Origin: a bacterium
Lineage (GTDB): Bacteria; Zixibacteria; MSB-5A5; GN15; FEB-12
Length of the DNA: 64,000 nucleotides
Reading direction: 5' to 3'
Assembly (NCBI GenBank): GCA_043811375.1
Contig: JBDRNJ010000031.1
Location: 18,031 to 82,030, forward strand
Made by a program: the position numbers and the translations under genes. Positions 59,183-64,000 of the stretch are shown here, piece after piece (position 1 is the first letter of the stretch; every line of letters starts with the position of its first letter). The notes beneath the pieces are model-generated. The model was not told the DNA's origin. It was given only the letters and a program-made list of their open reading frames with translations, and ran no database searches.

Positions 59183-60733
59183 TCAACCTCTCACGATAAG
59201 TGATCGACCGGTCATTTCGCCAGGGATGTCAAGCCCCATGATCTCAAGAATGGTCGGGGCGATATCGGCTAAAATACCACCCTCCCGCAGTTGAATCTTT
59301 CCCGAGCCTCCGGCGACCTTGCCGGACGGATCGTACAGGATACAGGGCACCAGGTTGGTGGTGTGGGCGGTGAAGGGACCGCCGTTAGTCGGATCGACCA
59401 TCATCTCGGCGTTGCCGTGGTCGGCGGTAATGATCGCCACGCCCTGCTGATCTTTAACCGCTTCCATCAACCGACCCAGGCCGGTATCAACCGCTTCCAC
59501 CGCTGCACGGGCGGCATCGAATACCCCCGTATGCCCGACCATGTCGCAGTTGGCGTAATTGAGCACCACCAGGTCATATTTGCCGGAAGCGATTTTAGCC
59601 ACCGCGTTGTCGGTCACGGCCACCGATGACATCTCCGGCTGCAGGTCGTAGGTAGCCACTTTCGGTGAGGGAATCAGGTCACGATCCTCACCGGCAAACG
59701 GTTTTTCGGTGCCGCCGTTAAAGAAGAAAGTGACGTGGGCGTACTTCTCCGTTTCGGCCGTGCGCAACTGCTTCCTGCCCTCCCGCGCCGGAACCTCACC
59801 CAGGATATTGTTCAGTTTCATAGGGGAAAAGGCCACTTTGGCTTCAGACATAGTTACATCATAGCTGGTCAACGTGATCAATTCCACCTGGGGATTATCA
59901 GGGTGGTTGACTCCTTCGATCTCATATCCCAGCAGCATCCGCGAAAGCTGCCGTACCCGGTCGGCGCGAAAATTGAAAAACAGGGCCAGGTCGTGCTGTT
60001 TCAAACGCCCCGTTTCCGGCGAACCGAGGTCGATTACCATCGGCATAATGAACTCATCGGTGACATCGTTGGCGTATGATTCCTTGATAGCGGCCACCGG
60101 ATCGGTGGCGCGGATGCCTTCCCCGTGAACAATCGCCCGGTATGCCTTTTCGTTGCGGTCCCAGCGCTGATCACGATCCATGCCGTAATATCGGCCGCCG
60201 ACGGTAGCCACTTGGCCGAGGCCGATTTCGTTGAATTTGTCGACCACCTGCGCCATGTAGTCGGCGCCCGACGTGGGCGGTGTATCGCGGCCGTCCATGA
60301 ACGCATGGAGATACACTTCGTGTACATTGTTGCGCCGGGCCATTTCCACCAGGGCATACAGGTGGTTCAGTGATGAGTGCACACAGCCGTCGGAGATGAG
60401 TCCGAACAGATGGACCGCTCGGTTTTCAGAGGCCACTCGCTCCATCCCGGCATTGAGCACGTTGTTGTCAAAAAAGTCACCCTCGGCGATAGACTTGTCA
60501 ATTCGCGTAATTTCCTGGTAGACTACCCGACCGGCGCCAAGATTGAGATGCCCCACCTCGCTGTTGCCCATCTGTCCTTCCGGCAGTCCCGCCGCCAGAC
60601 CGGAACCGTCGATAGCCGTGTGCGGGCAGTTGGCCGTCAACCAGTCGTAGTTTGGTTTGGTCGCCGCTGCTATGGCATTGTCGGGGGTAGCTTCTCGGAG
60701 ACCGAAGCCATCCATAATGCATAACAGGATCAT
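59183..60733 (-). CDS. gpmI: 2,3-bisphosphoglycerate-independent phosphoglycerate mutase
   Basis: GQMGNSEVGH, DGRD, ETEKYAHVT, DMVGHTG, ADHGNAE. Confidence 0.96.
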   Translation of the reverse strand: MILLCIMDGFGLREATPDNAIAAATKPNYDWLTANCPHTAIDGSGLAAGLPEGQMGNSEVGHLNLGAGRVVYQEITRIDKSIAEGDFFDNNVLNAGMERVASENRAVHLFGLISDGCVHSSLNHLYALVEMARRNNVHEVYLHAFMDGRDTPPTSGADYMAQVVDKFNEIGLGQVATVGGRYYGMDRDQRWDRNEKAYRAIVHGEGIRATDPVAAIKESYANDVTDEFIMPMVIDLGSPETGRLKQHDLALFFNFRADRVRQLSRMLLGYEIEGVNHPDNPQVELITLTSYDVTMSEAKVAFSPMKLNNILGEVPAREGRKQLRTAETEKYAHVTFFFNGGTEKPFAGEDRDLIPSPKVATYDLQPEMSSVAVTDNAVAKIASGKYDLVVLNYANCDMVGHTGVFDAARAAVEAVDTGLGRLMEAVKDQQGVAIITADHGNAEMMVDPTNGGPFTAHTTNLVPCILYDPSGKVAGGSGKIQLREGGILADIAPTILEIMGLDIPGEMTGRSLIVRG

Positions 60734-60735
60734 AC

Positions 60736-61788
60736 TTAACCCAGAAGCTTCACTGTTTTGTTGCCGGGCTTGATCTCACCTATCCGGTAAGCGGTCTCAC
60801 CCGCTTGTTTCAGATCATTAATGATGCGCTCAGCATCCGGTTCCCCGACCACCAGAATCCAGCCGATCCCCATATTGAAACTGCGGTAAATGTCCTGCGG
60901 GTCGATATTGCCCGCCTCTCTCAAGTATTCAAAAATAGGCAGCACCGGCCAACTGCCTTTGTTGATCTCGGCGTCGGTTCCCTCCGGCAGCACCCGCTTG
61001 AGGTTGCCCGGAATACCGCCTCCGGTAATGTGAGCCATACCGTGAATATCGTATTTCTCAAGCAGCGGCAGCACCAGCGGCAGGTAGCAGCGGTGCACTC
61101 TCATGAGAGCTTTATCGATAGTCGTTCCGAGTTGTTCGACAGTGTCACCCGGTTTCAGTCCGGCAATCTCAAAGGCGACCATACGCGCCAGGGTGTAGCC
61201 GTTGGTATGCAGGCCGTTTGACGGCAGGCCGATACAGACGTCGCCCGGTTTAATCGTGGAGCCATCGATTACTTTCTCACGGTCGACCATGCCAACCACA
61301 AACCCGACCAGGTCGTACTCACCGGGATGATAGAAATCGGGTAGTTCGGCCATTTCGCCGCCGATCAACGCCACGCCGGTTTTCTGACACGCCCGCGACA
61401 GACCCTTGACAACCTCGGTAACCACTGTCGGATTGAGTTTGTCGACAGCAATGTAATCCAGAAAGAACAACGGCCTGGCGCCGTGAACCAGAATGTCATT
61501 GATGCAGTGATTGACCAGGTCCTCACCGACGGTATCATGTTTGTCGGTCATAAAAGCTAATTTGAGTTTGGTGCCGACGCTGTCGGTTGATGAAATAAAA
61601 ACCGGCTCTTTGATACCGCCCAGGTCGGGCTGAAAGAACGCCCCGAATGATCCGAGCCCTGTCGGCACCCGGTCATTAAATGTCCGCCGGGCCAGTTCTT
61701 TGATGCGCTCGACGGCGTCCTCGCCGGCATCGATATCAACTCCGGTTTCGGCGTAAGTGATCGTTTCTTTGGGTACTTTTTTCGGCAT
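60736..61788 (-). CDS. purM: Phosphoribosylformylglycinamidine cyclo-ligase
   Basis: GVDIDAG, DSVGTK, GLHTNGY, HITGGG, FNMGIG. Confidence 0.96.
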   Translation of the reverse strand: MPKKVPKETITYAETGVDIDAGEDAVERIKELARRTFNDRVPTGLGSFGAFFQPDLGGIKEPVFISSTDSVGTKLKLAFMTDKHDTVGEDLVNHCINDILVHGARPLFFLDYIAVDKLNPTVVTEVVKGLSRACQKTGVALIGGEMAELPDFYHPGEYDLVGFVVGMVDREKVIDGSTIKPGDVCIGLPSNGLHTNGYTLARMVAFEIAGLKPGDTVEQLGTTIDKALMRVHRCYLPLVLPLLEKYDIHGMAHITGGGIPGNLKRVLPEGTDAEINKGSWPVLPIFEYLREAGNIDPQDIYRSFNMGIGWILVVGEPDAERIINDLKQAGETAYRIGEIKPGNKTVKLLG

Positions 61789-61922
61789 GGGCTTATATAG
61801 GCCGGTGGGGGGTAAATGTCAATAAAAGGTCACGGGCTTGACGAGGACACTGTTTTCGCCTTCCTTTAAGCCTTCAGACTGAGTATAGCTGCCGGAAGCA
61901 GCAGACTGGAGCGGATAGCGCA

Positions 61923-62717
61923 GTGAACCTTGCCTTCATACAATTCGCCCCCGTGCTGGGCGATCTTCAAGCCAACATCAATAAACTCCAACGGCTGATA
62001 CCAGCCGCCGCAGAGGCTGATCTGCTGGTGCTGCCGGAACTGTGCAATTCCGGCTATAACTTCACATCGCAGAAGCAGGCGCTGGAAACATCCGAAACTG
62101 TCAGCGACAGCACCTACATCCAATTCCTGGTGTCACAGTGTAAAAGACACGAAGTGTCCGTTGTGTCGGGGTTCAATGAACGTGACGGCGACAAGCTCTA
62201 CAACAGTGCCGTGCTGATCGGGCAGGACGGCTGCCTCGGTAAGTACCGCAAACTGCACCTGTTCTTAAACGAAAAGGACATCTTCCAGCCGGGCGACGTC
62301 GGTTTACCTGTCTTTGACATAGGCGTCTGTAGACTGGGCATACTTATCTGTTTTGACTGGATATTCCCCGAAGCCTGGCGAGTGCTGGCATTGAAAGGCG
62401 CTGATATTATCTGCCATCCCTCGGCGTTAGTGCTGCCGGGATTGGCGCAACGGGCGGTGCCGATTCACGGTCTGACCAACCGCGTCTACACGATCATCGC
62501 CAACCGGATCGGTACCGATGGCGAACTCACTTTTACCGGCCTGTCGACTATCGCCGACACCAAAGGTGAAGTACTGGCTCAGGCGTCCCCGACCGGTGAA
62601 GAAGTGAAAGTGGTCGAGATCGATGTCTCGTTGGCCCGCGACAAGATGGTCACTCCCCGCAACGACATCTTTACCGACCGGCGACCTCAGGAGTACAAGC
62701 GTCTGCTTGAATCCTGA
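61923..62717 (+). CDS. Carbon-nitrogen hydrolase (nitrilase superfamily)
   Basis: LPEL, YRKLHL, ICFDW catalytic triad. Confidence 0.9.
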   Translation: MNLAFIQFAPVLGDLQANINKLQRLIPAAAEADLLVLPELCNSGYNFTSQKQALETSETVSDSTYIQFLVSQCKRHEVSVVSGFNERDGDKLYNSAVLIGQDGCLGKYRKLHLFLNEKDIFQPGDVGLPVFDIGVCRLGILICFDWIFPEAWRVLALKGADIICHPSALVLPGLAQRAVPIHGLTNRVYTIIANRIGTDGELTFTGLSTIADTKGEVLAQASPTGEEVKVVEIDVSLARDKMVTPRNDIFTDRRPQEYKRLLES

Positions 62718-62777
62718 TAGTGCTGTCATAGGAGACACATACCAGAAAAGCTGTACGCACCTTGAGCATCAGTCCCC

Positions 62778-63293
62778 TCATGTATTTTCCGCCAGGCAGC
62801 GCACGATCTCACCGACATACATCCGGTGGTAATCTTTATCGGGGTATTCTTCGTCGATTTTCGGATCGAGGAAACGCGCCGGGTCCAGGTCATGCGTGTA
62901 TATCTTCCGGCAGGCCATCACCAGCCGGGCCTGGGAGAAATAGACGGTGCCCTCTTCATCGGATACCGGTGTCAGGCCGGTGGCGGTCATCTTGTCCACG
63001 TCGCGTCCCGATTTGGTGCCGCAGAGCTTGAGGGCATCACGGTGTTTTTCCTCGAAGAACGAGAGGGTGAAGATGTCGGCGCTTTCCATAAATGTATAAG
63101 TGTGCCGGACCGGCCGCACGAAGCAGGTGCAGATTTTCTTATGCCACAGTTCGCCGAACGTGCCCCACGACGCCGTCATGGTGTTGAACGACTTCAGGTC
63201 ACCGGCCGTGACCAGCATCCAGTCATCGGCAATCAGCTTAAAAGGATTATCGGTAATTTTACGGGGGTCGATTGATTTCAGTTTCATAGCCAT
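62778..63293 (-). CDS. Flavin reductase family protein
   Basis: WMLVTAG, NTMTASWG, CGTKSGRDVDK, YHRMYVGEI. Confidence 0.85.
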   Translation of the reverse strand: MAMKLKSIDPRKITDNPFKLIADDWMLVTAGDLKSFNTMTASWGTFGELWHKKICTCFVRPVRHTYTFMESADIFTLSFFEEKHRDALKLCGTKSGRDVDKMTATGLTPVSDEEGTVYFSQARLVMACRKIYTHDLDPARFLDPKIDEEYPDKDYHRMYVGEIVRCLAENT

Positions 63294-63362
63294 GATTCTT
63301 TTCCTCTTTACAGGCGGGTTTCCCGACAATCGGTTACATCTGTTAGTTTCTCGTCATTTTGG

Positions 63363-63767
63363 TCAGCCGATAGTCCGGTAGACCTCCTGAACCTGCCAGT
63401 CAGTTTCTTCCAGCCACAGCCCGACTACGGTGACATTCAGTTTCCAGCCGGCGATAGTGTCCACCGCCCGTCGTAACATAATCAGGTGTTCGTCTTTTGA
63501 CACCGGGTTACCGGCGCAATCACCATGGGCCACTATCGCTACGACCTCGGAGTGGTGCTTTTGCACCGAGATCAAAACCCGGTCTTTGATAGACGTTACC
63601 AGCGAGTGGTTGCGATCACTGAGGATGCCGTCCGGTCCGGGTTCCGTGATGGTGTCGACGTAATCGGCGTCGAACGATGCTTTCATCCAGTCGTTGACCG
63701 GCACCTGGGTTCGTCCGTCCATGCAGTTGATCGCTGTTACGAAAGTTCCGGTAGCCATCGCCAGCAT
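63363..63767 (-). CDS. Putative beta-type carbonic anhydrase-like protein
   Basis: CMDGR and HGDCAGN Zn-ligand motifs. Confidence 0.75.
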   Translation of the reverse strand: MLAMATGTFVTAINCMDGRTQVPVNDWMKASFDADYVDTITEPGPDGILSDRNHSLVTSIKDRVLISVQKHHSEVVAIVAHGDCAGNPVSKDEHLIMLRRAVDTIAGWKLNVTVVGLWLEETDWQVQEVYRTIG

Positions 63768-63847
63768 ACTCCTGTTCTAAAGTGAGTGTTCATTACTAGC
63801 AGGGTGTTGAAAAAGTGTTCTATCATATTCGATTGTCAACACACTCG

Positions 63848-64000
63848 TCATCCCCGCGAAGGCGGGGAGGTGGATTCAAATTTGAAGTGCAACATGTTAT
63901 TCCAAAATATCTCTGCTGGTGTTAGAAAGTCCAGACATTTTCGTGGTGTGTTATTGTATGCCTGGATGAGTTCGAGGAAGCGATTGTCGGTGAGGGTGGC
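63848..64000 (-). mobile_element. IS30-family transposase 3' end (partial) and terminal repeat
   Basis: Manual translation ATLTDNRFLELIQAYNNTPRKCLDFLTPAEIFWNNMLHFKFESTSPPSRG*; N-x-x-P-R-K-x-L-x-x-x-T-P is the IS30 C-terminal motif. Confidence 0.8.

Overview
64-kb bacterial window. The genes for a PorZ-like propeller with a T9SS/FlgD-type tail, a BatA/vWA protein and an ETF-QO suggest an FCB-group organism such as Zixibacteria; this is an inference. Positions 1-4152 hold a heavy-metal cluster: RND adaptor, TolC/CzcC, a His-rich RGPP-ending ORF and a His-tailed DMT transporter. Positions about 4261-15964 form an 11.7-kb integrative element at the 3' end of tRNA-Gln(CTG). Joining its two ends at a shared GC dinucleotide restores both the tRNA's CCA and an in-frame alternative C-terminus for the large serine recombinase. 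Its cargo is defence-like: an interrupted NB-ARC/WD40 STAND gene, a fused N6-MTase restriction-modification gene, and a two-gene module of a Gly2-starting protein plus a QatC-like QueC enzyme with an extra C-terminal domain and no QatA/QatD. It also carries a tyrosine recombinase and an XRE regulator. The rest is mostly housekeeping (comB, gcvT, acnA, ETF-QO, pruA, murI, amidase, smpB, panC, lnt, gpmI, purM). It is interspersed with a RAYT transposase and several REP-like palindrome families, single accessory genes, duplicated GT-C-like genes, a double-HTH/LeuC-like apparent pseudoenzyme, and the end of an IS30 transposase inserted in a REP. Several genes appear leaderless. All calls come from motif reading by eye; no searches were run.
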